Assembly (NCBI GenBank): GCA_001002285.1
Contig: LCLX01000002.1
Location: 67,827-131,826 of the forward strand
Length of the DNA stretch: 64,000 nucleotides
Source of the DNA: Microgenomates group bacterium GW2011_GWC1_46_15
GTDB lineage: Bacteria > Patescibacteriota > Microgenomatia > UBA1400 > UBA12028
Reading direction: 5' to 3'
Made by a program: the position numbers and the translations under genes
The notes under the pieces: model-generated
Told to the model about the DNA's origin: nothing
Databases searched by the model: none
The model's input: the letters and a program-made list of their open reading frames with translations, nothing else
Shown: piece by piece, positions 28,650-38,327 of the stretch
Numbering within the stretch: position 1 is the first letter of the stretch
Layout: every line of letters starts with the position of its first letter

Positions 28650-29738
28650 TTACTCCCCCCGTAACGCCCGGGCTGCGTCGCGACCAATGACTACCACAAT
28701 ATCTGCACGATACTCCAGTGTTTGTTGTTCATTCAGTGTTGTAGAGCGATTGGAGACACCAAGTGTCCTTAACAAAAGATCCGTCGTTGATGATTTTTTT
28801 GGCGCAAACTGTTTTTGCGCATACATCAGTTTCGTTGTTTCTTGGACGTCATTCGCCGTGCTCACACTTGTTACGTTAACGCCCATGTTCGCAAACGCGC
28901 GTGCGACTGCCGTCCCCAACCGTGGTTCTTGTGCCGCGTTCACCACCGCAACCGCGAGATTTTCTTTACGGAGTGTGCGATCAGAAAAAAGTTGAAAAAT
29001 AATGGGATCAGCGTGAATAGCGTCGAGCGTGTACCGCTCTCCCGCGTGTTGAACCATGGACGATGAGATCATATCCAGATCTGTAACTTCATCTTTGCGC
29101 AACGTTCCAAGAAACTTCCACATCGCGTACCGGTCGCCATACGCTATCGTGCTCCGCGCGCGGAAGAACAGTGTCTGAAAAAGAATGCCCCGAAGCGACT
29201 CCAGTGTCGTTTTTTGCTGATCTTTACTTGTCTTGGCCTCATTGCTCCCCATCGGCGCGCTGTTCACCCAAATGACGTCACGGATATCAACGCCTATGTG
29301 CATCGCGAGCGACTGCGTTACAAGCGAGTACGGGAGTTTTTCCAGCTCCGCCAATCCAGTTAGCGACTCCGATTTATATTGGCCGTATCCATGCGTCGTT
29401 TCTACCATAAAGGTTGGCGGCAGGCGGAGCGTTGCCGCGGTTCTTCCTTCACCATTGATGGAAAGCAACGCGAGCGGATGCGACACCGACTTCGCGTCGC
29501 CAAATACAATCAACACGGTGTACTGTGATTTCTTGTTCCACGAACGTGTTCCGCCCACCATAAACGCGCTAATCATGATGGAAATGATCATAAGACCAAG
29601 TGCCGCAAGAAATTTTGTTGATGAGGCAGTACGTGTGAGAGAACGCACGAGTGCTTTGTTAAATGGTGACGCGGGTGGATGAAATCGCCGCTTCGCAGGC
29701 GGTCGTGTGCGGCGGACAAAATCTACAAACGAGTTCAT
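28650..29738 (-). CDS. LytR-CpsA-Psr (LCP) family cell-envelope phosphotransferase
   Basis: N-terminal TM anchor, then an LCP-like core (..VLIVFGD......LSINGEGRTAATLRLPP...). Confidence 0.5.
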   Translation of the reverse strand: MNSFVDFVRRTRPPAKRRFHPPASPFNKALVRSLTRTASSTKFLAALGLMIISIMISAFMVGGTRSWNKKSQYTVLIVFGDAKSVSHPLALLSINGEGRTAATLRLPPTFMVETTHGYGQYKSESLTGLAELEKLPYSLVTQSLAMHIGVDIRDVIWVNSAPMGSNEAKTSKDQQKTTLESLRGILFQTLFFRARSTIAYGDRYAMWKFLGTLRKDEVTDLDMISSSMVQHAGERYTLDAIHADPIIFQLFSDRTLRKENLAVAVVNAAQEPRLGTAVARAFANMGVNVTSVSTANDVQETTKLMYAQKQFAPKKSSTTDLLLRTLGVSNRSTTLNEQQTLEYRADIVVVIGRDAARALRGE

Positions 29739-29775
29739 AGTAGATCATTATGACACAGATAAAAACGCGTCTAAT

Positions 29776-30960
29776 CTACTTGATTCTTCTCCGCAGTTCC
29801 TCGGTCAATCGGATCATAAACCGCACGTTGTGAATGCTCGCAAGCCGGTAGTACAACAACTCTTGTGTTTTATACAAGTGATTGAGATATGCGCGGGAAA
29901 ATCCTTGAACACACGTCCAGCAGTCGCACCCTTTTTGAATCGGCGACGGGTCGCGTGCCCACTGCGCGTTTCCAATCTGCAGGCGGGCTTTTGGAAACGG
30001 CGAGACAATGGTCCATTCTTTTGGCGTTTTCCCTTTGAGGTCGCCGACATACAGCGCTCCGTTGCGGGCAAGGCGGGTTGGAGCAACGCAGTCAAACATG
30101 TCAAATCCCGCGCGGACCGCGTCAACAATATCCTGCGGATCACGGCCAAGCCCCATCGCATACCGTGGCTTGTTTGCCGGCAAAAGATCGCGGATCCAGT
30201 CCATCACTTCAACCGTTCCCTTCATGTTGTACCCTATTGTTTCCCCGCCAACCGCGATTCCGTCAAATTCTAGTTGAGTAATAAACTTCGCCGACTCTCT
30301 TCGTAAAGATTTATACATCGCTCCTTGTATAATGCAAAAAAGCGCCTGATATGTCCCCTGCGCGCTCGTGTGATCATGTTTCTCCCAGTACTCTTTGCAC
30401 TGTTTTGCCCACCGGTGCGTGCGGTCTAAAGCCTCGCGCGTGTACTGCATATTGGCATCGTCCGGCGTACATTCGTCAAACGCCATGATGATATCGGCGC
30501 CGATTTGCCGCTGAATCTCGATCGCCTTCTCCGGAGTGAACATGTGTTTTGTCCCGTCGAGATGGGAAGAAAACTCTACCCCTTCATTGGTGATCTTGCT
30601 GAATACTTTAACCGGCTCACGTTCAAGAATCCCCCGCTTTGTTTTGCCCTCAATCTGCTTACCCAAACTGAACACTTGAAAACCGCCGGAATCGGTCAAA
30701 ACGGGTTTGTTCCAACCCATGAACTTTTGGATGCCGCCAAGTTTTGCAACCGTTTTTTCACCGGGACGGAGGTAAAGATGATATGTATTGGCGAGAATAA
30801 CCTGCGCGCCTGCGCGTTCAAGATCGTTTGGCGAAAGCGCTTTTACGGTGGCCTGCGTGCCAACCGGCATAAAGATTGGGGTTTGGATAACGCCATGCGG
30901 TGTATACATCTCCCCTGCTCTTGCTTGGTCTTTTTGAGTGTTGAGTGTGAATGAAAACAT
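29776..30960 (-). CDS. tgt: Queuine tRNA-ribosyltransferase (tRNA-guanine transglycosylase)
   Basis: PIFMPVGTQATVK, LTDSGGFQVFSL, Zn site CxCxxC...H (CDCWTC). Confidence 0.85.
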   Translation of the reverse strand: MFSFTLNTQKDQARAGEMYTPHGVIQTPIFMPVGTQATVKALSPNDLERAGAQVILANTYHLYLRPGEKTVAKLGGIQKFMGWNKPVLTDSGGFQVFSLGKQIEGKTKRGILEREPVKVFSKITNEGVEFSSHLDGTKHMFTPEKAIEIQRQIGADIIMAFDECTPDDANMQYTREALDRTHRWAKQCKEYWEKHDHTSAQGTYQALFCIIQGAMYKSLRRESAKFITQLEFDGIAVGGETIGYNMKGTVEVMDWIRDLLPANKPRYAMGLGRDPQDIVDAVRAGFDMFDCVAPTRLARNGALYVGDLKGKTPKEWTIVSPFPKARLQIGNAQWARDPSPIQKGCDCWTCVQGFSRAYLNHLYKTQELLYYRLASIHNVRFMIRLTEELRRRIK

Positions 30961-30993
30961 GGTGATATTGTACAATACGGAAAAAGGAAGAAG

Positions 30994-31215
30994 ATGGGCA
31001 AACCCGATACATCACAACGATCTGGAGAGGGGCAAAGAGGAAAAGATCGGTTGAAAGAAAAACTCGAAGTGAACATTCCTATTTACGAACATACAAGTCC
31101 GTTAGGAAAACCATGTCTAGGTTTTATTGGTACTCGGTACAAAACTGAGTTCGGAAAAGAAATCATCGTATGCGACGCATGTTCAAAAGAAGGCGTGATA
31201 AAAGAACTACTGTAA
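30994..31215 (+). CDS. Possible small Cys-containing protein between tgt and queA
   Basis: 73-aa ORF with KPC..CDAC. Its stop overlaps the queA start. Could be spurious. Confidence 0.2.
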   Translation: MGKPDTSQRSGEGQRGKDRLKEKLEVNIPIYEHTSPLGKPCLGFIGTRYKTEFGKEIIVCDACSKEGVIKELL

Positions 31216-32288
31216 TGCTTACTCTCTCTGATTTTGATTACGTTTTACCCCAAGATCGCATTGCGCAAACACCGGCGCATCCGCGCGACCACAGCCGGTT
31301 GATGGTGGTAAACCGCAAACATGAAACCATCGACACGACCAACCATTTTTATGACCTCCCTTCTCTCCTCACCAAAAACGATGTGCTTGTGGTGAACAAC
31401 TCTAAAACGTTGCCCATGCGGACGTATGGAACCCGGCAAAGCGGTGGCAAAACAGAAGTGCTTTTTGTGAAACGGCTCGAGCTTCATTCAGAAAAAGAGG
31501 TGTGGGAAGTCATGACGAGTCCGGGATTAAAACCTGGGCAGGAAGTGCACTTTCAAAACACGCAGATGCACATTGTATGCACCGAAGACCTCGGATATAC
31601 ACGCAAAGTTGACGTGGTTGATTACGAGGGCTCGGTCATTGAAGTGCTCCATAAAATTGGCGAGCTCCCCACTCCCCACTATATCCGCAAGCATTTAGAC
31701 CATCCCGAAGAGTACCAAACGATCTACGCAAAGCCCGAAGGATCGTCCGCAACCCCTACCGCAGGTTTGCATTTCACTCAATCTATTTTTGATGAATTGA
31801 GTAAAAAAGGTATTCCGATTATTGAGCTCACACTGCACGTTGGGCTAGGAACTTTCCTCCCAGTCAAAACCGAAGATATCCAAAAGCATCACATGCACAG
31901 CGAGTGGTTTACATTGAGCAAAAAAAACGCCGAACAGCTCAATCAATATAAAGCGGAGGGGTGCCGGATCGTCGCGGTGGGGACAACAACGACACGGATT
32001 TTGGAAACTTGCGCCATTGTGCGACATGACAAAAAAGACGTCCTTACGCCACAAACTGGCGAAACATCGCTCTATCTGTATCCGCCGTATACGTTCAAGT
32101 GTGTTGACGCGCTCATCACAAACTTTCATCTGCCAAAGTCAACACTCCTCATGTTGGTTTCAGCATTTAGCGAACAGGGGAAGATATTTCATACGTTTAA
32201 GGAATCGTTAATCGGAAAAGCATACCAACAAGCGATTAAAGAAAACTTTAGATTCTTTTCGTTTGGAGACGCGATGGTGATTGAGTAG
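31215..32288 (+). CDS. queA: S-adenosylmethionine:tRNA ribosyltransferase-isomerase
   Basis: MLTLSDFDYVLPQDRIAQTPAHPRDHSRLMVV is the classic QueA N-terminus. Conserved GTTT.R..E segment. Confidence 0.85.
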   Translation: MLTLSDFDYVLPQDRIAQTPAHPRDHSRLMVVNRKHETIDTTNHFYDLPSLLTKNDVLVVNNSKTLPMRTYGTRQSGGKTEVLFVKRLELHSEKEVWEVMTSPGLKPGQEVHFQNTQMHIVCTEDLGYTRKVDVVDYEGSVIEVLHKIGELPTPHYIRKHLDHPEEYQTIYAKPEGSSATPTAGLHFTQSIFDELSKKGIPIIELTLHVGLGTFLPVKTEDIQKHHMHSEWFTLSKKNAEQLNQYKAEGCRIVAVGTTTTRILETCAIVRHDKKDVLTPQTGETSLYLYPPYTFKCVDALITNFHLPKSTLLMLVSAFSEQGKIFHTFKESLIGKAYQQAIKENFRFFSFGDAMVIE

Positions 32289-32291
32289 TGG

Positions 32292-33008
32292 TTACTGCTC
32301 CACCCGCACGTCATGCAACCAAATCTTTGGCGGACGGGAAAGCATAAATACAATCACATCGGCGAGGTCAGCAGGATCGGTGAACTTCTCCAATTTCTCT
32401 GCCGAAAACTTCTCACCGGTTTTCATAAACATGTCGGTGCGCGTACCGCTTTGATACACACTCGCTACACGAACATGTGATCCATGTAGATCTGTTTTCA
32501 ACACTTCGGTAAATCCAGCCATTCCCCATTTACTCGCAGAATATATCGTCTGCCCCTCTTGCGCCGTCACACCGGATTTTGAAATCACATTGATAATCGC
32601 CGCCTCTTTTTGTTTTTTAAGCGCCGGCAACAATAAGCGCGTGAGGTGAATCTGCGCGGTAAGATTGGTCTGAATGACCTCGTCCACAACGCCTTCCTCT
32701 AGTTCTTCGAGTGGCATCTTTTTCTGCCAAATGCCCGCATTGTTAATCAAGACATCGACGCCTCCAAACTCGTGAAGAATCCGGCCAACAACTTCCTTTA
32801 TCATAGAAAGGGACCGAAGATCACACACATATAACTTTGCCTTGGGCGATCCTGCCTCGTTGGCTTCTTTTTCAACTGCCGTAAGCCGTTCGGTGTTCCT
32901 ACCAAGAATTGCAACGTGTACGCCTTGGGTAGCAAGTTTCAGCACAATCTGTCTGCCGATTCCATCGCTTCCGCCGGTTACAACTGCAACTTTATGTTTG
33001 AGTGTCAT
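32292..33008 (-). CDS. Short-chain dehydrogenase/reductase (SDR)
   Basis: Rossmann TGGSDGIG, catalytic YSASK, NNAG motif. Confidence 0.7.
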   Translation of the reverse strand: MTLKHKVAVVTGGSDGIGRQIVLKLATQGVHVAILGRNTERLTAVEKEANEAGSPKAKLYVCDLRSLSMIKEVVGRILHEFGGVDVLINNAGIWQKKMPLEELEEGVVDEVIQTNLTAQIHLTRLLLPALKKQKEAAIINVISKSGVTAQEGQTIYSASKWGMAGFTEVLKTDLHGSHVRVASVYQSGTRTDMFMKTGEKFSAEKLEKFTDPADLADVIVFMLSRPPKIWLHDVRVEQ

Positions 33009-34251
33009 ATGCTGATGATATCACCCGCACCCACTTTTGGAATGTATTCCCCTTATCTTCAAAATCCTTCCACAGTGAATAGCTGGGGCTAGCGGTAGAA
33101 AGCAGGCACGACTTCCCTTTCGCGGTGTGCGTATACGCGAACTTGACTGCCTCTTCCATACTTTTTGTTTCCAGAATGTTGAGTTGGCGGCCGCAGTGGT
33201 GTTTGAGTGCTTCCGCTATGCGCGCGCCGGTATCGGGAAACAACACAACGTTGTGGATGCCCGCCCCGCAAACTTTTTCGGCCAGCTTGTCAAACTCTAG
33301 ACCGCGGTCCGTTCCACCCAAAAAAATGGTATCTACATCGCCCAGCGTATCAATAGCGTACATGGTTGGTTCGGGAGCGGTTGCGATTGCGTCGTCATAC
33401 CATTTGATCCCGCCAAACTCTCCGACAAACTGCATGCGGTGCGGAAGTGGTTCAAATGCAAGCACGGTGGTATGAATAACATCCATCGGTACATCAAATA
33501 ACTGCGCAACAGTAACCGCTGCGCGGATATCCTCTTCGTTATGTTTCCCCCGCAACGCGCTGGAACCCCAATCAAACGAAACTTTTTTAACAAACGGAAT
33601 GGCGTGGGCTTTTGTGCGAAGCGCTAAGTCTGCAATACGTTGATGTGCGCTGTTGTATACAAAACTGTCACCGGACTGCGCGTGCGCCACAATGCGTGAC
33701 TTTGCCGCGAAGTACTGCTCCAACCCGCCGTGGTAATCCAGATGCTCCGGGAATACATTCAAAAATACAGAGATGTTCGGCGAGTACGCCAAATCTTCGA
33801 GTTGATAACTGGAAAGTTCCAACACAAAAATCATATCGTCTAACACGGGTTCCATAAGTTCTGTGAGCATGGGTTTGCCAATATTCCCCGCCAACTTTAC
33901 GTGCTGGCCGGCAGCCTGCAAGATGCGGTAAATCAATGTTGTTGTTGTGCTTTTTCCCTTGCTTCCGGTAATCCCAATTGTTTTTGCACTCGCGGGAAGA
34001 TTGGCAAAAAAGAGGTTTGTCGCGGTGGTGTATGGAATTGTAACCAAACGTTTGGGAATACCGGGGGTTTTGATCGCCAAATCGTACTGTGCTTGGACTT
34101 CGAGATACTCGGGACCATCGGACTGGTCAGCCGTTCCAACAACCGCGTCAGGCACAAACTTTTTCAAAAAGGAGTGCGTGGCTTTGCCTTCTCTGCCATA
34201 CCCAAGAATTAAAATCCGCTTGCCGTGGAGTTCTTCGATCTTCATACACAC
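32992..34251 (-). CDS. murD: UDP-N-acetylmuramoyl-L-alanine--D-glutamate ligase
   Basis: ILILGYGREG N-domain. P-loop GITGSKGKSTTT. Mur ligase central and C-domains. Confidence 0.8.
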   Translation of the reverse strand: MCMKIEELHGKRILILGYGREGKATHSFLKKFVPDAVVGTADQSDGPEYLEVQAQYDLAIKTPGIPKRLVTIPYTTATNLFFANLPASAKTIGITGSKGKSTTTTLIYRILQAAGQHVKLAGNIGKPMLTELMEPVLDDMIFVLELSSYQLEDLAYSPNISVFLNVFPEHLDYHGGLEQYFAAKSRIVAHAQSGDSFVYNSAHQRIADLALRTKAHAIPFVKKVSFDWGSSALRGKHNEEDIRAAVTVAQLFDVPMDVIHTTVLAFEPLPHRMQFVGEFGGIKWYDDAIATAPEPTMYAIDTLGDVDTIFLGGTDRGLEFDKLAEKVCGAGIHNVVLFPDTGARIAEALKHHCGRQLNILETKSMEEAVKFAYTHTAKGKSCLLSTASPSYSLWKDFEDKGNTFQKWVRVISSAYDTQT

Positions 34252-35597
34252 TCCTTTGGAATATTCGGCGCGGGGTGTGAGGAAAAAAGTTCTTTTTCTA
34301 GTGGTGCGGGGTGAGAAAATTTCGGGGTCGCTTCATGTTCAAATAACGTCATCGCAGGCTCACCGGTAAACTCCTTGCGCATGCGGGCGCGCGAAAATGC
34401 CACCGCGGTTTCTTCCGGCGTTCCCACACACTCAAACGGCTTGACGTTGATCAGGCTAAGAAGTTCGCGGTACGTTGGTAGAAGTTTTGCATCAGCATAC
34501 AGGTCTTTGCCAAATATCTGCACTACTTCGGTCTTGGGTAAAAACGCCGCCAACAGCGCAAACACAAACGCGCACTTCGGACACTCGCCGCACCATAACT
34601 TCCCCTCAGGATTTTTACTTCCACGGTATGAAAAATTGCGGTTACAGCTCGAAAAATATGGAAAGTATACGCGGCCCGTTTCCACAAACCGCCGTGCAAT
34701 CTCAATTTCATAGTATGGCCGGAGGAGTGAGAAGATTTTGAGGTCTTTCGCGATGTACTGCTCAACATATGCTTGCAGTAGATGTTCGAACTCCTCGGAC
34801 TTACTCCACTGGTGGTTGATTGTCTCACCCAAGTACTCCACATTTCCGTAGCTTGCGCTTTTCTCGTTTGACAGCACAACCGCGTTGTAGCCAAACAACA
34901 CTGCAGAAGTGAGATATATAAACGAGTGGATCGCGGTCATCGGAACGTGGCCGTCATATGCTTTGCCGGATTTGATTACATCAAACAGTTTTGGATCGAG
35001 CGTGCGGTGCACTTCGTAGAACGGCGCGCCGATATGTTGAGTAAGATTTGTGTGCAACGGATGCGGGTTTGTTACCCACACGTCAAATAGTATGTGGCGC
35101 GTTTTCAGCATCTCAGCAGAAACAAGTGAGTCTTTTCCCCCACCGAGCGGGAGCAGGGCCCGGGTTGGCAACTCACGAGATTGCGCTGCAAACTCTTTTT
35201 TGTTTTCATGCGGAAACTGCACAAGCTCATGGTAGTCAATATGATTTTTGTAGAAAAACTCCCCAAGGCCTTTGGTATACACCGTGTTCCAAAAATCGGC
35301 CTGATGTTTTGTGAGTGTAAAGCCGTTGAGATGCATATCACGCGGACAGTACAGCTTCCAGTAGCTGATCCCCAACATGAGGTGCAGAGATTGAAACGCA
35401 AGGTGAACAGCGGGATGAGAAGACGCGTTTACTGCCTCAAGTTGCCTTGGAAACTGGATCTGTTCCCGATATGTTTCGCTTGTCCCATCAGCAAACTCAA
35501 CGATGTATGAAAATGTGTACGTCCGATCCTCTTCATTATGCTGAATATGATCAAACACAAACCTGGAGGAGACTCTTCTCATACGGCTATTGTACAC
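34242..35597 (-). CDS. Hypothetical PP-loop-like ATP pyrophosphatase with a C-terminal CxxC pair
   Basis: LPLGGGKDS resembles the SGGxDS PP-loop. CGECPKC near the C-terminus. 150-aa unique N-terminal domain. Translationally overlapped with murD. Confidence 0.4.
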   Translation of the reverse strand: MYNSRMRRVSSRFVFDHIQHNEEDRTYTFSYIVEFADGTSETYREQIQFPRQLEAVNASSHPAVHLAFQSLHLMLGISYWKLYCPRDMHLNGFTLTKHQADFWNTVYTKGLGEFFYKNHIDYHELVQFPHENKKEFAAQSRELPTRALLPLGGGKDSLVSAEMLKTRHILFDVWVTNPHPLHTNLTQHIGAPFYEVHRTLDPKLFDVIKSGKAYDGHVPMTAIHSFIYLTSAVLFGYNAVVLSNEKSASYGNVEYLGETINHQWSKSEEFEHLLQAYVEQYIAKDLKIFSLLRPYYEIEIARRFVETGRVYFPYFSSCNRNFSYRGSKNPEGKLWCGECPKCAFVFALLAAFLPKTEVVQIFGKDLYADAKLLPTYRELLSLINVKPFECVGTPEETAVAFSRARMRKEFTGEPAMTLFEHEATPKFSHPAPLEKELFSSHPAPNIPKECV

Positions 35598-35628
35598 TTG
35601 AGAGGCGCTGGTGCACTACCTCGGAATT

Positions 35629-35886
35629 TTAGATTGCGCTCGGAGTTTCTGCAGTCATGTTGATAATTGTTATACCAACCCGCTGAAAAGCACTTCTGAT
35701 TTTTCCTTCAATATCTTCAGGTAATTCCATACTCTTCTCATAAACAGTTCCTGCCGTTGTTAACAAGACGTGACCTTTTATTTCCATTATCATGGTTAAT
35801 TCCGTTGCTATTGATATTTGAACAATGTCAGATTCAGACCATCCTTGTTCTGTATTTGTTTCTATATGAAATCGTTTTACACTCAT
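35629..35886 (-). CDS. Small hypothetical protein in an AT-rich segment
   Basis: 85-aa ORF with local GC clearly below its surroundings. Confidence 0.3.
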   Translation of the reverse strand: MSVKRFHIETNTEQGWSESDIVQISIATELTMIMEIKGHVLLTTAGTVYEKSMELPEDIEGKIRSAFQRVGITIINMTAETPSAI

Positions 35887-35924
35887 CGTCCTCCTTTGTT
35901 TATTTCCGCCATTCTACCACTTCT

Positions 35925-36710
35925 CTACGTATTTTCCAGCTGTATCAACACTTTTTTGAGGTCTGGGGCTAGCTCGGCGGTATACTCCATCCGTTTCCCC
36001 GTCTGTGGGTGCATAAACACTAACCGCTCGGCGTGGAGAAACTGCCGCGGGCACCATTCCCAGTCTATCCGTGACCGCTTGCGGCCCACATACTTGAGAT
36101 CGCCAACCAGCGGGTGTTTGATGTGCGCCATGTGTACGCGGATTTGGTGGGTACGGCCAGTTTTTGGGTGTAAGCGTAGATACGTGAATCCCTGGTACGA
36201 CTTGGCTTTTTTCTGTGGGACTGTCGCTGGCGGATGCGGAAAAAACTCCAGTACTTCATACGCCGTCTCACTCATCTTGCCTTCAGGGTCAACAGTAAAT
36301 CGTTCCCGGTCCCCCGTGCTGCGCCCCAGGGGTAGCCGCACGATTCCGCTCTGCGTGGAAAATTTTCCGTGCGCCAATGCGAGATATGTTTTCTCGGTCT
36401 CCCGCTCGCAGAACTGGCGCATCAACTCGGCTAAACTTAACGGGTCTTTTGCAAACACCATGACGCCGCTCGTGTCCTTATCTAGCCGGTGCACCATACC
36501 AGAACGGTTGGTATACAACTCCTGTAGTTCCGACGTCATTTCAGGTTTACACACGCCACCGCGAGCCCAACTTGCGTACCACGGCCGGGACTCCATCCAA
36601 TCCTGCAGTGTTTCCCCGCGGACCGTTTCCGCGCGGTTTACCACAACCCTGTCGGGCTTATTAATGACAACAATGGAATCATCTTCAAACAGTATTGGAA
36701 TCTCGAGCAT
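35925..36710 (-). CDS. RluA-family pseudouridine synthase
   Basis: VINKPDRVVVNR... and HRLDKDTSGVMVFAK (catalytic Asp motif). Start taken at MLEIPILFEDD. Confidence 0.75.
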   Translation of the reverse strand: MLEIPILFEDDSIVVINKPDRVVVNRAETVRGETLQDWMESRPWYASWARGGVCKPEMTSELQELYTNRSGMVHRLDKDTSGVMVFAKDPLSLAELMRQFCERETEKTYLALAHGKFSTQSGIVRLPLGRSTGDRERFTVDPEGKMSETAYEVLEFFPHPPATVPQKKAKSYQGFTYLRLHPKTGRTHQIRVHMAHIKHPLVGDLKYVGRKRSRIDWEWCPRQFLHAERLVFMHPQTGKRMEYTAELAPDLKKVLIQLENT

Positions 36711-37101
36711 GCCACAATTGTACACTAATCCAGATAAGGGACAGTGTAATGCCCCAATCGGCAATATTATTATTGAGATGTAAAAATGGAATGGGAAGCC
36801 AATCGCGCACCCCGCCAAAGATGATACGGTCCACAAGGTTCGACGTGGCAGATCCAATCAGCACGCCCCACTCAATGGGAAACTGTCGGCCGATACTGTG
36901 ATACCCCGCAATCGCTAACACCAATAAAAATATGCTCAGCACAAAAATCAGCGGAAAACCGTTCAATAATCCAAATGAAATACCGCGGTTTATTTCGACA
37001 TAAACTCCCCTGCTCTGCACGAGAAATTTTGAACCCTGATCTACTCCAAGAAAAATGGCTGCGGTCACACTACATAAAAAGAGATTACGATTTTTGGACA
37101 T
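36685..37101 (-). CDS. lspA: Lipoprotein signal peptidase (signal peptidase II)
   Basis: GVDQGSKFLV, NRGISFGLL, the FGGVRDW..IADWG.. motifs, four TM helices. Confidence 0.75.
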   Translation of the reverse strand: MSKNRNLFLCSVTAAIFLGVDQGSKFLVQSRGVYVEINRGISFGLLNGFPLIFVLSIFLLVLAIAGYHSIGRQFPIEWGVLIGSATSNLVDRIIFGGVRDWLPIPFLHLNNNIADWGITLSLIWISVQLWHARDSNTV

Positions 37102-37432
37102 TGCGGGTTGCCGTGGGATCAACGAGCAAACGTTCAACAGGAATCGGTTCGCCCGTTTCACTGTCAACACCATACGTTCCTTCATCCATATGCTTGAGCG
37201 CGGTATCAACACGCGCCAACGAGTCATTCACCTGGTTGCCGAACACTTCGCTGGAAATAATGGCGACTTCTTCACTCGCATCCGCATCCGGACTCGCGTT
37301 GTCATTCACGCGGGTTGTATCGTTCACCGGATTTTCCTCATCTACACCTGCGCGAACGTTCGTGAGCTTCGCCCGCTGGTCAAGGAGCATCGTGCGGAGT
37401 TTCTCGAGTGTTTCTGAAGAGATGTGTTTCAT
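37085..37432 (-). CDS. DksA/TraR-like protein lacking the C4 zinc finger cysteines
   Basis: Coiled-coil N-terminus. The C-terminal region aligns to the DksA finger, but there are no Cys. Confidence 0.5.
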   Translation of the reverse strand: MKHISSETLEKLRTMLLDQRAKLTNVRAGVDEENPVNDTTRVNDNASPDADASEEVAIISSEVFGNQVNDSLARVDTALKHMDEGTYGVDSETGEPIPVERLLVDPTATRNVQKS

Positions 37433-37454
37433 ACCGGTGCAGTATAGAGGAATA

Positions 37455-38258
37455 CTAGGAGGCGTGTAAAGAAGAGTTCTTCTTTTTAAAGACAAAAAGG
37501 GTGTGGCCTGAGCGTGTATAGAGGAAAATCCCACCCGCTACCGCAATAAGCCCGCGCAGAATTCCTTCAACATGAATACCGTCAATCTTCACGAAAGAGG
37601 GTTGGAAGAATGCCAGTACTACACCAATAACGCCGTAGCCAATTAAAAAACATGAGAGCAGGAATCCCGGCTGGGCCGTGCGCTTGTTCGACCGATACCA
37701 CAAAAAGGTGCGGTATATGCTTTCTAATTTCCAAAGCGTAATGAAAAGCGCGATGTATAACACCGCCGCGTAGAGCTGAACCGGATGCCGTTTATCAAAC
37801 ACCCCGGGGAATGACATCCCGAACGGCAGTGTTGTAGGATTGCCAAATCCGCTTCCGTTTAAAAACATGCCGATTTGGATAAACACCAACGACACACTTA
37901 ACCCCACCGCTGCAAAATCAATTGTTTCATAGACGTTCCATTTTTTCCTGCGGGCGGAAACGATGAGCGATAGCAAGCCTCCAAGAATGCCCGCCATTCC
38001 TACATAGCCTGGATACGCAAACAATGAAAACCACCGGAATATATCCAAACCGAAATCCGGAAAATGCGCGAGCACAAATCCTAGTCGTGCACCAACTAAT
38101 CCCCAGAAGGCGGAGAGAATGACCGCATCCAATAATGCGGATTGATCGTAGTACTCCTCACTCCCCTTTTTCCAAAACACAAATGTGCCAGCCAAAAACG
38201 CCAGCACAAGAAACGGACCAAAAATAAGTACACGGAATAATGCGACGAGCTGATCCAT
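37455..38258 (-). CDS. lgt: Prolipoprotein diacylglyceryl transferase
   Basis: Lgt signature region and multiple TM helices. Forms a cluster with lspA. Confidence 0.8.
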   Translation of the reverse strand: MDQLVALFRVLIFGPFLVLAFLAGTFVFWKKGSEEYYDQSALLDAVILSAFWGLVGARLGFVLAHFPDFGLDIFRWFSLFAYPGYVGMAGILGGLLSLIVSARRKKWNVYETIDFAAVGLSVSLVFIQIGMFLNGSGFGNPTTLPFGMSFPGVFDKRHPVQLYAAVLYIALFITLWKLESIYRTFLWYRSNKRTAQPGFLLSCFLIGYGVIGVVLAFFQPSFVKIDGIHVEGILRGLIAVAGGIFLYTRSGHTLFVFKKKNSSLHAS

Positions 38259-38327
38259 ATAGGGTAGTATACAGCACGGGTTGGCGATGACCGACGGCAA
38301 TGACCGGCAGCGATCGACAGCAGTGGC

